Positions 1-12,380 of a DNA stretch of 64,000 nucleotides are shown piece after piece. Numbering within the stretch: the first letter of the stretch is position 1; each line of letters starts with the position of its first letter. The stretch covers positions 744,001 to 808,000 of the forward strand of contig NC_135830.1 in NCBI RefSeq assembly GCF_964213995.1, written 5' to 3'. This DNA is from Mustelus asterias. Its lineage: Eukaryota. The position numbers were made by a program, and so were the translations under genes. Under the pieces are notes generated by a model. It saw only the letters and a list, made by a program, of their open reading frames with translations. It did no database searches and was not told the origin of the DNA.

Positions 1-264
1 GAAAAAATAAAATATTTTAATCCGCTTTCACGTCCGCATAACGCCACAAATGTTATACTGACCACGAAATATCTTTCGAATATAGGCACTGATTCACTCA
101 GACAGATGCTGCAGTTAATGTACTCTCACATACAGCAATTTGATACTGCCAGAATTATTTGATTTCGATTTCGATGTTGGTTCAGGAATAAATTTTGGCT
201 AACTATGTTGTAAACGATTTAATTTTAGTCATATAAGCGACTAAGACCTGTTTTGTAATTTTAG

Positions 265-576
265 GACTGATTCCCCCAGTCATCAGTCTCGTCTCTGAAA
301 CTGATGAGTTGAGAGCAAAGGGGTTTGTGCAGCTGATTTGTTTGATCAGCGAGTACAAACCAGAAAGCATTGGAGTGAGCTGGGAGAAGAATGGAAACGC
401 CCTACAGTCTGGCTTCACCACTACGTCTCCATGTAAAACAGCAAACGGAAAATCCCAATCCAGGAGCATCCTTAAGTTGCCACTTCAGGAATGGAACAGC
501 GGTTCCACGTACAGCTGCCAAGTGACCCATTCTGCTACCAACAGCAACAAACGAAAAGAAATTAGATCAACATCAG
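265..576 (+). CDS. IgNAR: IgNAR heavy chain constant exon C1
   Basis: Acceptor ttttag at 264 and donor G|GTGAGG at 577, phase 1-1. Translates (G)LIPPVISLVSETDELRAKGFVQLICLISEYKPESIGVSWEK...LQEWNSGSTYSCQVTHSATNSNKRKEIRSTS, with canonical C-W-C of a C1-set domain. Closely resembles shark IgNAR C1 (FVQLxCLIS, KEIRSTS). Confidence 0.93.
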
Positions 577-859
577 GTGAGGAAATGGAACCAACTCACA
601 AACTTCCAGATGTCATGCAATCTTATTTTATTTTCAGGATTCAATTCATTGGGAAGCTGGCACATAAACTATTCGATAAGCATTAAAAATCCGAGAAAGA
701 AAACCCAGAAAATTTTGTGAAAACACAGCAATATCTTTGACGAGGGAAGCAGTAAGACTTTGGAATCATCTTTAGCAATTTCTGTTTTTTAAAAATTTCA
801 TATTCACAGAATTTCACATATTTTGTTCTTGGAGATCCTGAAGCAGACCAATTGAATCA

Positions 860-1700
860 TATATTCATAGCACATACATTGCAGAATAGGCCCTTCGGCC
901 TCTGGAGTCTGTAAGGACACCAAAGAAGTACGAACTCCCGCTTTATCCCATTCACCAGCAGTTGTCCCCATAGCCTTGAATGTGATGACGTGACAAGTGC
1001 ACAGGCAGACACTTTTTAAAAGGATGTGAGACAAACCGCCTCTACCATCCTCTTAGGAAGTGCAGGCCAGACCATCATCACAATCTGGGAGTAAATCGTC
1101 TTTCCTCAAATCATCGTAAAATGCCAACCCTTCAGCTTGAACTTCTAACCCCTCCTGACGGATCCTTTAACTAAGGCACAACTTTCCTTATCCACGCTGC
1201 CCATGCCCCTCATAATCTTGTATGCCTCGATCAGGAAAGCCCTCGTTTCTCTCTGCTCCAAAGAAATCAACCTAAGCCTATCCATCCTCTCTTCGTAAAT
1301 TAAATGCTGCAAGCCAGGCAGCATCCTGGTGAATCTCCTCTGCATCCCTCCAGTTCAATCATATTCTTCCTACAATCTGGCCACCAGAACTGCACACACT
1401 GCACTAGCTATGGCCTCACCAAAGTTCGATACAAGTATAACATGATTTCCCTGATTTTGTAATCGATACCTCGATGGAGAAAGACAAGTATCCAAATGCC
1501 TTTTTTCACCACCTTGCTATCATGCCCTTCGGTCTTCAGGGATTTATAGACATATACCCCAAGGTTCCCTTGTTCAACATAACTTACAAGTGTCATGCCG
1601 TTCAATCAATACTTATTTGTCAAATGACTCCTTTCAACGTGTATCACGTCACACTTTTCATGGTTACATTCCATTTGCCACTAATCTGCCCATTGAACTT
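860..1700 (-). mobile_element. old 5'-truncated CR1/HER1-type LINE 3' fragment
   Basis: Minus-strand ORF pieces QRRFTRMLPGL and LYRTLVRP from the CR1 ORF2 C-terminus. Degenerate tail near 860. Confidence 0.8.
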
Positions 1701-2117
1701 CCTGTGAGTGTGGTCAGTTCGAGTCAATGTTGCAGTTAAACATTACAGAAAAATTGCTTGGAATTCATTCAGCAGTAATGGCCAAGCTGCTTAATAATGC
1801 TTTTCAGAAGAGACCGTGAGGTTTTGAAAGGCTGAACGTCCTCATTTTGCTGTCGATCTTTCTCTTTTTCAACTACGGTGTCTGAAGTGCCCAATGTTGA
1901 TTACAATTGGGAGAATGTTGCAAAAGACAATTCTCAGACGCCTTCTCACGAATGTTATGCTTTGGGTAAAGAATGTATTGAGTATAATCTATTTACAATA
2001 TTCCGAAAATATCGCCACAGGTCACCAAATCAATTTAGGTGGAACAGAACAGAAACATAGATCGTTATTTCTTCCTCTTGCTATTTTTTCCGATTCTGCC
2101 CCCCTTTCACTCTATCT

Positions 2118-2138
2118 CACACACACACACACACACAC
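2118..2138. repeat. (CA)n microsatellite within a TC-rich tract
   Basis: Direct reading. Confidence 0.9.
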
Positions 2139-2646
2139 AAAAACTCGTTCTCTTTTCTCTCTGTGTATCTCTCTCTGCCACTTGATTTCTCGCACACTGT
2201 CTCAAGCACAAACAAACCGTTTGAGAACTCGGCATCCAAGAGCTGAACTTCCAATCTCATATCCCCTTCACGTATTTTCCTGGCTCCCTGTTCCTGCAGC
2301 TTCCTCCCTCTCCGTCTCACTTTCTCCTGCTCCCTGCTTTATTGTTTCTTTCTCAATCTATGTTTCTGAATCTTCCTACACTATGACACTTTCTGTTGTA
2401 TTTCTTTATGCCTTACTGGATGCCAGTGCCCCTTAGCAAGTTGCACAGTCTAAATTCACCGTTCCGAATTGTGTTTCATATCAGCATCTTGCCAAACTGC
2501 AGAATTATAGTTCACATTCAAGGAAACTCAGTAAAAACAAAAATTGCCAGGGTAATTTCACTGACATTAAAATTCTCGTTATAAACGAAATCATTACCAT
2601 TGAAGTCTTCCATTGATTCGGGATTTATGCTATTTTTCATTGACAG

Positions 2647-2949
2647 AAATCACAGTATTTCTCAGAGACCCCTCACTTGAAGAAATTTGGATAAAGAAAA
2701 CTGTTCGGCTGATTTGTGAAGTGGTGTCCACAGTTCCCAGTGTGGTTGGGATCACTTGGACAGTGGATGGTAAGAAAAGGACCGAAGGTGTTCAAATTGA
2801 AGGACATCAACAAGGGCAAAACCAGTATCTGACCATCAGCCGCTTGACCAGCAGTGTGGAGGAGTGGGATCGTGGGGCTGAATACAACTGTTCAGCACAG
2901 CAGGGCGAATCATCGACTCTGGTCTCAAAGCAAACACAAAAGTTAAGAG
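2647..2949 (+). CDS. IgNAR: IgNAR constant exon C2
   Basis: Acceptor ttttcattgacag, donor G|GTGAGT, phase 1-1. EITVFLRDPSLEEIWIKK...LICEV...QYLTISRLTSSVEEW...YNCSAQQ, typical of IgNAR C2. Confidence 0.94.
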
Positions 2950-3037
2950 GTGAGTTATAGCACGATGTGCAAACACAATCATTCTTTTCTGAATGACAAT
3001 GGAGGGATGAAAATCATTGGTTGTTATTCTGTTGCAG

Positions 3038-3355
3038 TCCAGCCATCGAAGCCCAATCTCCGACTCCTGCCTCCATCAGCAGAGGAGATTCAAAGTTCCA
3101 GCGTCGCTACTCTCACTTGTTTGATAAGAGGATTCTACCCGGACAAAATATCCATTTCCTGGGAGAAAGACGGAGCTGTTTTGAGCTCGAACATCACACG
3201 CTTCCCCACTGCTCTGGAACAGGACCAGACCTTCAGCACAAGCAGCCTCCTCATTTTACCGGCAGGGGAATGGAAGACAGGAGCAAGATACACCTGTACC
3301 GCTTCACATCCAGCTACAAAATTCACCGGAAAGAGGACGATCAACAGCCCGAAAG
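3038..3355 (+). CDS. IgNAR: IgNAR constant exon C3
   Basis: Follows an 88-nt intron. Acceptor ctgttgcag, donor G|GTAAGC. VQPSKPNLRLLPPSAEEIQSSSVATLTCLIRGFYPDKISISW...FPTALEQDQTFST...YTCTASHP. Confidence 0.94.
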
Positions 3356-4255
3356 GTAAGCACAGTTTGTTGGAATGTTTTTTTTTTCAAAAATAAGACT
3401 TTTCACTGAATCCGGCCACAATATCCAAAAGATAATACACGAACGAGCAGATCGAAGTCGGGTCCAGCAAATCCAAAATGTTTGGACACCAATTAATGTG
3501 TCTTCTCCTCGGAAAGGAGACGATAGTCAACACTCAATTGGGAGGCCCAGGCAAGCGACCTGAGAATCCAGTGAAATAAACAGATGAAGGATAAAAATGT
3601 CTGTTAATTAATTGCGCAGTTTTCTGCTGATGAGAACATGCTTTGACAGAGTGCCGAGCAGGGCATTAAGACAATGAAGGCACTGCACGATGAGGGAGAT
3701 GTTACCACCTCTCTCTTCCATACTGAACTTGCTGTTTTAATGCAGCACAATACTGTGTGCTCCGATTCAGCCAACTGAAAGGCAGAAACAACCAACTGTT
3801 ATGGAATTCAACCAAATAATGGAAAGAAATGCGCCCATTTCTGGTCTTAAAAGTACAGTAACAAGTGGGATAGATGTCACAGGGTCGAATCAAATACAGT
3901 TTTCATGCCCTAAAACTAATCAAGCGACCAGCGCTTTTGATCAAAGAAATCACCTCTCATGATTTACTTTTCATTTATGATTGGATTTTTTTTTCAGAAT
4001 AAAAGCATTATCTCTGCAATAACTGCACCAGCATCTCTACAATAGCGGGAAAATTAAAACTTCCCAGAATATCAGGTTATGCTCTCGCATTTGATGATTT
4101 AATTGATCTTGTCTGTTCTCTATCCCATCTCCAGCCACCATTTATTTGTACAGTAGCAATAAATAATAGTTCAATTCTCTATTTAGTATATCTTGCCATG
4201 TACCAGTTCCAATCAAATGAAAATCCAATTAACTTTTGATGCTCTCATTGTACAG

Positions 4256-4284
4256 TGATTACTGGTCTTTGCTGCACATGTTGA
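4256..4284 (+). CDS. candidate alternative Cys-rich secretory-tail exon after C3 (VITGLCCTC*)
   Basis: Acceptor gctctcattgtacag in phase 1 with the C3 donor. Three Cys in 9 codons, then TGA. AATAAA at 5196. Confidence 0.45.
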
Positions 4285-4699
4285 CACATGAGGAAAGTCC
4301 TTTGGCTACAATAACCGAGGCACCCACCAGAACTCTTGCAATAACAAGTATTACAATTACATGAACAAAACTGTGACTAACGCTTGCCAAGCACGTAAAA
4401 TGGAGCACATACGATTGGGAAGCATCATTAGGTTGTAATACCTTCCTATGCAATGTAATAGCTCCCAAGTTCGGCTGCTGTGCTTCACCAAGTTATCCAC
4501 ATTAACACAGTAGCTGTTGGAAGTTACAGTAGTCGAGTCAAATCCAGAAAATATGGTGGGACCCATTCTTTCGCCATCCTACGACCAAAAGGGCCATTTT
4601 GGGAGCTGGCATGTTTCCACTTCTGATGAAGTAAAGACTTCACGTGGCTCTGATGCATTCGTGTTAAATTAGGCTGACTTCACACTGATTTCCGGGAAC

Positions 4700-5050
4700 A
4701 AACTGTGGGCGTCGCTGGCAAGGCCAACATTTATTTCTCATCGCTGCATACCCTTGAGAAGATAGGGGTGAGCCGCCTTCTTGAACGGCTGCAGTCCACG
4801 TGGTTGAAGTTGGGGAGGGACATCCAGGATTTTGGCCCAGCGATATTAAAAGGAGGCAGTATCTTTCCAATACACAATACGTCCTGACTTGGAAATATAT
4901 GGGCCCTTTCCTTCATTCTCCCCGAAGCAAAATCATGTAAACCCCACCACAACTGCACTATGGACGTACCAATACCACATTGATGGCAGCATTTCAGGAA
5001 GGTGACTCACCATTACCCTCGGAAAGACAATTAGGGATGGGCGCTTATTT
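4700..5050. mobile_element. two oppositely oriented 3'-end fragments of an old LINE family
   Basis: 4700-4870 (-) and ~4920-5050 (+) resemble the 3' end of the old LINE at ~37620-37790. Related pieces occur at 9860-10560 and 25500-26080. Confidence 0.5.
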
Positions 5051-6329
5051 TTGTCGAGGCACAGATTCAAAAGGGCATTTGGCAGAGACACGCAAAGTGA
5101 CTTTCTTTGTTAGATGTAATAACAGAAAACAATGTTTAAATGATACTGTTAAAGGTTTCATGCTTCCTAATATAGTTCCTAATTAACTGTTGGGAAATAA
5201 ACCAAATGCATCTCAAAAGAATGACTCGGAGGATCACCTGAAGATTCCAGTTGGTGAATCCAATCCGTTTTATGCACGGGGGTTTTACTGTCTGCTATTT
5301 TGTTGCAAAATGCGTTCACGTTGGTGCTCTGTTGTTTCAAATTAACTCGATGGGGTGTTATATTTCAGTCAAACTTCCAAACTTTTCGTGGCTTCTTCCC
5401 CTCCTAATGTTTCATGTTGCCGCCAATTAAGGAAAACCAATATAAAAAAAGGTTGCCGTTCCAAAAGTATTTTCAGGAACAGGCAGAGTTAGCGATGCAT
5501 GTGTGCAAATCAGTGAGGAGTGCCGGGAAGGTTGAGAAAATTGTTAAAGAAAACAAGATCGAGGGCAGTTCAAACAGAAACACCTCGCTCTTGATCAAGG
5601 ACATGCTGTTCAACCTTTATTCAATACAGCTTTGAACTAAAATTGATTCGGGTGCCTAATTCTGGGCAGCAAATCTTATGCGAAGGTCTTTGGGAAAATG
5701 TACAAATGAATTATGCAGTTTCTTTCTGGTAGAGTTAGTCAGTTACATTCTTGAAGAAGTGAAGGTTAAGAGAAGAATGAAAATAATTTAATCAGAGATC
5801 CCACCAGAGATGAACGTGGTCACATCTGACACTCTGGAAGGAGGGAAAACGTAAGTCATAGTAATTAGAATGATCACATGTTCTTAAGAACTTTCATGCA
5901 GAATATTGATATTGGGAGGAATGAAACAGGTTTATTGTAAGCACGAAAAGAAAGTTACACTATTGGACATGCATAATAGACATTTCAGTCCGTTCCATTG
6001 TTGGCATGTTAGGAAATTCGGAGATTACCACTTCCGAGAGTATATTGAAGGTGATTTTCTTATCAGTTTCAGAGAGATGCTGTATGTTTCTCGCTGGCAG
6101 AAAAGGGGAAGACTGTGCAGTGATTTCGAATTTATGCATGTGCACAAAGTTATCACCATTTTGGATGTGGTTATGCTTTAAAACTAAAGGAGAGAGAGGA
6201 TTCGGGTGATGGCACAGTTGTGAGCTGAAGACAGATGGTTTCAGCAATAGTGGAGTGTAGTCATTTGGTTAAAGGTAAGCAGGTTGGGAGAGGAAGAGTC
6301 AGAGAGTTTAACATTAATCGTGCATTGGC

Positions 6330-6800
6330 GAATCAATGCAAATAAACGTAATATTAAGCAAGTTGAAGCATTTATATCTGAATGCACAAAGGTTCAGCAA
6401 TAAGCTAGATAACCTAATGGCACAAAGACAAATACGTGGTTTAGATGTAAATGTACTTATAGAAGCATGTTGAAAGATGATAACGATTGATATTAATATT
6501 GCAAGGCAAACATCAATCCACAAAGGTAAAATGCTTGCAGAAGTGGCAGAAGTGACAATCAGAGAAAATGATGACATAAGTACAGTCGCAGAAAGGATGA
6601 AAAGACGTGGAGGTTGAATTAGAATTGATGGAGATTAAGAATAGCGAACGTGAAATAGAAGCTTTTTTTCGGAGATCTTTGTAGACTCGTTTCCTATAGT
6701 GAAACTCTTGGACATAACATTAAGCAATATGCAACACAAGCTTCTAACAAATGCAATACAATTATTGTGGATGTGGTTGTCGTGGTGGGGGTGGGGGATG
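6330..6800 (+). mobile_element. highly degenerate CR1 ORF2 endonuclease fragment
   Basis: Reads LKHLYLNAQRFSNKLD, matching the CR1 ORF2 start (LKCVYFNARSIRNKVD at 28300). Confidence 0.55.
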
Positions 6801-7540
6801 GGTTTTAATCTCCATATATTAAAGGAGAGGAATCCATCTCCTGATCCCTGGCGCTGTGAGGCAGCAGTGCGAACTATACCTGCTGTTCTTATTCTCTGGC
6901 CAGATATATTTCTTTAACCTAAATTTAAATGGCTTATTTCCCATTTCGGTTGGTATTGCTGTCGCGTTGTCAATGAACGGGTGGTATGGAATGTGATACA
7001 GGAGGCCTGCCCATTTTCAGACACATAAATGTTGAGAACTTCAGGGCCAAAATATCATCGTAATAATATATATGTGGCCATTCTACATTTGAAAACAAAT
7101 ATGTTTGATTTACTTAAAAATTCCAGCAATGCTCATTCTGAACTTAACTGGCATTTGCTTTCCTCTTTAACTTGACCAAACTCTACGTGAAAGTAAACTT
7201 TGTGTCAAATAATGAGGCAAAGCTGCAAAGTCCTATGGAGGGCAAGTCTTTTAGGGATTTAATCTAATCAGAAATGCAGGGAACATTTTTTAAAACTTTA
7301 TTTGAGCATTTGCTTGCATATATGTATGCATTGGGAAATGATTGAAATGAGCCATAAGAACGAAGTTAATGCGACAAGGAGCACATAGAAACTCATCGGC
7401 TCAGCTGCAACACGATAATATAATCTCAAAGCATATTGCAGTAAGTATTTTCCACATTTATTTTTTGTTAGCATGTAGTAGTTGTTGCCAACAGTGATTT
7501 CAACATGAAACATTAAAATAACCCTTCACCTTCTTCCTAG

Positions 7541-7861
7541 CTGATTGCTACGAGGAAGACATTTCCATAAATATTTTGAACCCTTCATTTGTGGAGATTT
7601 GGGTCCAAAAGACAGCGACAATTGTTTGTGAAATCCGTTACACTGTGCTAGAAAACGTCAGTGTCTCCTGGCAAGTGGATGGGAGAATGAGAACGGAAGG
7701 AGTTGAGACCCAAACTCCTGAATGGAGTGGAAGTAAAACAACGATCATGAGTAAACTGAAAGTCACAGCAGCAGAGTGGGACACTGGGGTGGAATATGCC
7801 TGCCTTGCAGAAGGAAGTGAATTACCAACACCAAAGAAACGGTCCACTCGGAAAATAAAGG
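7541..7861 (+). CDS. IgNAR: IgNAR constant exon C4
   Basis: Acceptor ccttcttcctag, donor G|GTAAGT. ADCYEEDISINILNPSFVEIWVQKTATIVCEI...VETQTPEWSGSK...YACLAEGSELPTP. Has the extra N-terminal Cys seen in IgNAR C4. Confidence 0.94.
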
Positions 7862-8296
7862 GTAAGTGTAGATAATACTCGTTCAGAGACTGGTTCAATT
7901 ATCAATGTCGTTGAACGAAAACAAAAATCTGATTCTATCATTAAATGCTCGTATAACACACTTCACATAGTCCTGGAACCCAATAGTCACCACATGGATA
8001 AAGACTACCATGAAAAATGCAACAGATGAGAATCTGCTGAGCTGCAAACTCAAAAAAATGAACGTACCTTTATAAGTTATTTCTCTAATCTGTTCAAAAT
8101 AACATCAAACCACAACGAATGAACGAATATTAATGATACCCATGAACAAGGAAACACGCCTTAAAACTCTGAGGGATAGGAAGCATTACACATTTGCAGT
8201 GTATAATATTTCTAAGAGAGGCAACTGTATAGAAAATAAAATGAGGGAATAAAAAGATTTCGTTTACGAAATGTATGCATTTTTCTCTTTTTACAG

Positions 8297-8679
8297 TTGG
8301 TGCAATGAATAGTCCTAAAGTGTACGTTCTGCCACCATCAGTGGCCGAAATTGACTCAGAGAAGACGGCAACTTTGATGTGTCTCGCCACTGGCTTTTAT
8401 CCTGCTGAAATTTATACCGCTTGGTTGGCCAATGACACGCTTTTAGATTCGGGTTTCCCCAGTCAACCAGTGAGCGAGGACGGAAATGGTTCCAGCTTCA
8501 TTGCCAGCAGATTGAGGCTCACAGCGGCGGAGTGGAACACTGGCACAACTTATTCCTGTTTAGTGGGACACCCGTCCCTTGAAAGGAATTTAATCCGAAG
8601 TATAAACAAATCTTATGGTAAACCTACTTTAGTTAATGTCTCACTTGCCCTCGCTGACAGTTTTAATTCTTGTGCATAG
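8297..8679 (+). CDS. IgNAR: IgNAR constant exon C5 plus secretory tailpiece; internal donor at 8617|8618 for the membrane form
   Basis: Acceptor ttttctctttttacag. VGAMNSPKVYVLPPS...LMCLATGFYPAEIYTAWLANDTLLDSG...YSCLVGHPSL, then tail GKPTLVNVSLALADSFNSCA* with NVS sequon and penultimate Cys. Cryptic donor TATG|GTAAAC sits at the canonical GK position. Confidence 0.95.
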
Positions 8680-8983
8680 CCCGCCATGATTGAATTGTTC
8701 TTTTCTGTAAAAGTGTCACCACCTTTCGGTTCCTATTTTTTTGGCAATTGGAACCAGCAAATCTCCCAATCATATGAAGGCACAATCACGCTTTAGAGCA
8801 GCAAATACGTGCTTTGCCATTTTGCTAACACATAAAACTATCCCGTTCAATGAAGGATAATTGTGTTTAGAATCTGATATCCTCAAATAAGCTTCGTAAT
8901 ATTTGATACAAGTTGTCATTTTATCAAAGACCTCTTGGAGGCTTTCGTGTCCTTTTTCGATTTGTATAGGCCTAACAAGATGC

Positions 8984-8989
8984 AATAAA
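8984..8989 (+). terminator. poly(A) signal of secretory IgNAR mRNA
   Basis: AATAAA ~300 nt after the Sec stop, followed by a GT-rich element (ggtttatgtgtgtg, ~9024). Confidence 0.75.
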
Positions 8990-10579
8990 TGCAAAATGAA
9001 AACTTTCGGACTTGCCTATTCATGGTTTATGTGTGTGATATATTTGGGCTGATGATTTATATTTTCAGGAAAAGATAAATTCTGTCTATGCTTTAAAGTT
9101 CCAAATGTGCAATACCTTTGTGTTTACCCACTTAAAAAAAAACTTAGGGCTTCTACCACCTGATCAAACTAACCTTTAAGCATTCTTGGCAGCTGCACTG
9201 ACAAGTGATCTTGTGATTTACTCCTTGACCATAAAGTCTTGACCCATAGAATGGAATGAATGAAGGTGGAGGAACATCTGTTCAACCTATATACTCACAT
9301 TCATTCACCAACACTGGTTGTCTGGTTTAACTCTGTTTAATCCAGTTCTAGAAAGGCAACCTGTTTCAGTGAAATGCCTTCTGTTTCCACAACATTAATC
9401 CCCTCATATTCTACAACTGGATGATGCTTCTCAATCACAAAATTCAAAGCCACCTTATTACATTGCACTTGCTTACAGATGCCAACCAGCACTATCTCAT
9501 TGCCTTTTGTCTATACGCTCCACTGCTCCTCATTTTTGAAGTTGCATATCTGGCGCAGTGTTAGACGGACAGAGACTGTCAAATCTTGAGTTTAATTTCA
9601 AGAGCAGCAAAATTATAGTCTTTGTACCCACCGCGGACTCATTCTCACGTTACCGATTCCAACCAGAACCATCCAAAAGTTTTCATCCTCTTCCGAATTC
9701 ATTGCATATCCCTATTAATCAGTCAACCTGTGCCTGTTCGCCTCTAATGGCTCCCAGGTCCAACAGCAACATGACTTGAAAATCCTTACTCCTGTTTTCA
9801 AATATATCCATGGCTTCTATGCTCTGTCAATAGTTTATTGTATTTCCTCTGGATTTGTTAATGCTGCTGGAAAGGCCAGAATCTGTTTCTCATCCGTAAT
9901 TTCCCTTGAGATGACGGTGGCGAGCCATTTGGTGTACACATATGGTGTATGCGTGCACATGTCGCTGTAAGGTATTATAAGATTTTGATCCAGATACAGA
10001 TGGTGTGTAACTTCGAGGGTGAATTTGTAGTGGTGAAGGTCCTATGCATCTGTCACTGTTGTCCATTATGAGGTCGAGATCACGGGTTTGGAAGCAGCCA
10101 TCTAAGGACCCGTGGGGAGTGGTTGCAGTGTTCGCTATAGAATGTCCACACTGCTGCCACTGCGCATCAGAGTGAGGGGAAAGAAATTGTTTGGAAATGT
10201 GAACGTATTGCCAATCAAGCAGGATTTTTAAATTCCGTTCTTGAGTTAATCACTCCTCTCCAAACACGATGTGTCTCCAATTCAGAACTTGTATCGATCC
10301 TCCTTTTTTTTCTATTTTATTATTTCATGGGAAGTCGCTGGGAAGGCCAATATTGGTTGCCCACCACAAGTTGCCCCTCCGTGTCATTTTCTAGACCATG
10401 GCAGAGGGCAGTTGTGAGTGAAAAATTGCTGTGCATCTGAAATCACTTGGAGGACACATCATGTAAGGATGGCAGATTTCCTTATCTTATGATATCAGTG
10501 AACATGATTTTTTTCAATAATTGATGAATGTTGTAATGGCTCACCATTGCTAAAACCTCTGTTTTACCAAGTTACTATT

Positions 10580-12380
10580 TTGAAATGGAGGGAGAGAGAT
10601 AATAGGGAACTATAGACCAGGCAGCTGAACGCCAGGACTGAGGAAGTTGCTAGAATTCATTACCAGGGGCTTCATAGGACAACATTTGAAAACAGTGGTA
10701 TAATCAGACAAAATGAGCATGGATTTACGAACGGGAAATCATGCTTGACGAACCTACTGGAATTCTTGGAGGATGTAACTAGGCGGCACGGTAGCACAGT
10801 GGTTAGCACTGCTGCTTCACAGCTCCAGGGACCTGGGTTCGATTCCCGGCCTGCGTCACTGTCTCTGTGGAGTTTGTACATTCTCCTCACATTTGCGTGG
10901 GTTTCCTCCGGGTGCTCCGGTTTCCTCCCACAGTCCAAAGATGTGCGGATTAGGTTGATTGGCCATGCTAAAATTGCCCCTTAGTGTCCTGAGATGCGTA
11001 GGTTAGAGGGATAAGCGGGTAAATGTGTAGGGATATGGGGGTAGGGCCTGGGTGGGATTGTGGTCGGTGCAGACTCGATGGGCCAGATGGCCTCTTTCTG
11101 CACTGTAGGGTTTCTATCGTTCTGTGAAAAGATGACCAAGGAGAACTGGTGGATGTGGTCTATTTGCAATTTCAGAAGGCCCTGGACAAGATCTAACATA
11201 ATGGACTATTGTGTAAAGTTCATGTGCATGGATTGTGGGTATTGTCTTGAGATGGATAGAAAGCCGGTTAGCAGACAGGGAGCAATGTACTGGCATAAAT
11301 TGGTCTTTTTTCCGATCGGCAGGATGTGACAAGTGGGAATATGTGGGGATCAATGCTAGGACCGAAACTGTTCATATTTTATATTCATGATTTGGAAGAG
11401 AAAAATTAATGTTTTATCTCCAATTGTGCAGATGATAAAATTCGGGGGTGTGGGGGTGGGGGGGGGGGGGGGGGGGGGGGTGGGTGTTGGGCTGTGAGGA
11501 GGATGCAGTGAAGCTTCAGCGTGAGTAGAACATACTGAGTGAATGGGCATATGCATGGCCGATGCATTATAGTATGGTGTGAGTGAATGTGAGGCTTTCC
11601 GTATATCCAATAATAGGAAGGCAGACTATTATTTGAATAGATGTAAATTGGGAGAGGTAAATACTCAGCGACACCTTGGTGTCCTCGTGTATCAGTCAGT
11701 GGGAGTAAGCACACAGGTGCAGCAGGCAGTAAAGAAACCAAATGCTGTGGTTGCCATCACAGCGAGAAGATCTGAGAATAGGGATCGCGATATTTTGCTG
11801 CAAATGTATAGGGCGTTGCTCACGCCACACCTGGAGAACAGTGTTAGTGCCCTTATCTGAGGAAGGATGTTATTTCTATAGAGGCAGTCCACCGAAGCTT
11901 TACCGAGCTGATTCCTGGGATGGCATGTCTGCCATCTGAGGAGTGTCTATGTCTATGATAATTATATTAATTGGAGTTTAGAAGCGTGAGAGGGGGTCTC
12001 ATAGTTACTTATAAAATTCTAACAGGGTGGATTCAAAAAGAATGTTCCCGATGGTGGGTGAGTTCAGACTAAGTTTCCTTGTTTGAGGATAAGGGGGTAA
12101 GCCTCTTGAGACTGAAGTGAGGAGAAATTTCATCACACAGCGAGTGGTGTACCTGTGGAATTTATTACCACAGTAAGTGGTTGAGGTCAAAATGTTGTGC
12201 GATTTCAAGGACAAATTAAATATATATCTTGGGGCTAACGGTATCAAGGGTTTTGGAGAGTAGGGAGATCAGGTTATTGAATTTGATGATCAGCAATGAT
12301 GGAAATGAATGGCGGAGCAAGCTCTAAGAGACTTAGTAAGCCCTAAGTGGCTTACTCCTGCTTCTATTTTATGTTTCTAT
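10580..12380 (+). mobile_element. old CR1 LINE RT fragment interrupted by an HE1-type SINE and a poly-G run
   Basis: NYRP, HGF..GKSCLTNLLEF, ADD and PHLE remnants. 3' end cttactcctgcttctattttatgtttctat. Confidence 0.8.
10782..11117 (+). mobile_element. HE1-type tRNA-derived SINE
   Basis: GGCGGCACGGTAGCACAGTGGTTAGCACTGCTGC head with A box, GGTTCGATTCCC B box, conserved core and LINE-like 3' tail. Confidence 0.9.

Noticed and set aside
265-8679. IgW or IgM instead of IgNAR
   Set aside because: The first exon matches IgNAR C1 (FVQLxCLIS...KEIRSTS), and exactly five C exons precede the tail in IgNAR order.
10782-10855. tRNA gene
   Set aside because: tRNA-derived SINE head with A/B boxes that continues into the SINE core.
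10672-11329. Recurring ORFs MDCGRKPEHPEETHAD... and MVSTAASQLQ... (also at 21174, 50589, etc.)
   Set aside because: Translations of HE1 SINE copies, not proteins.
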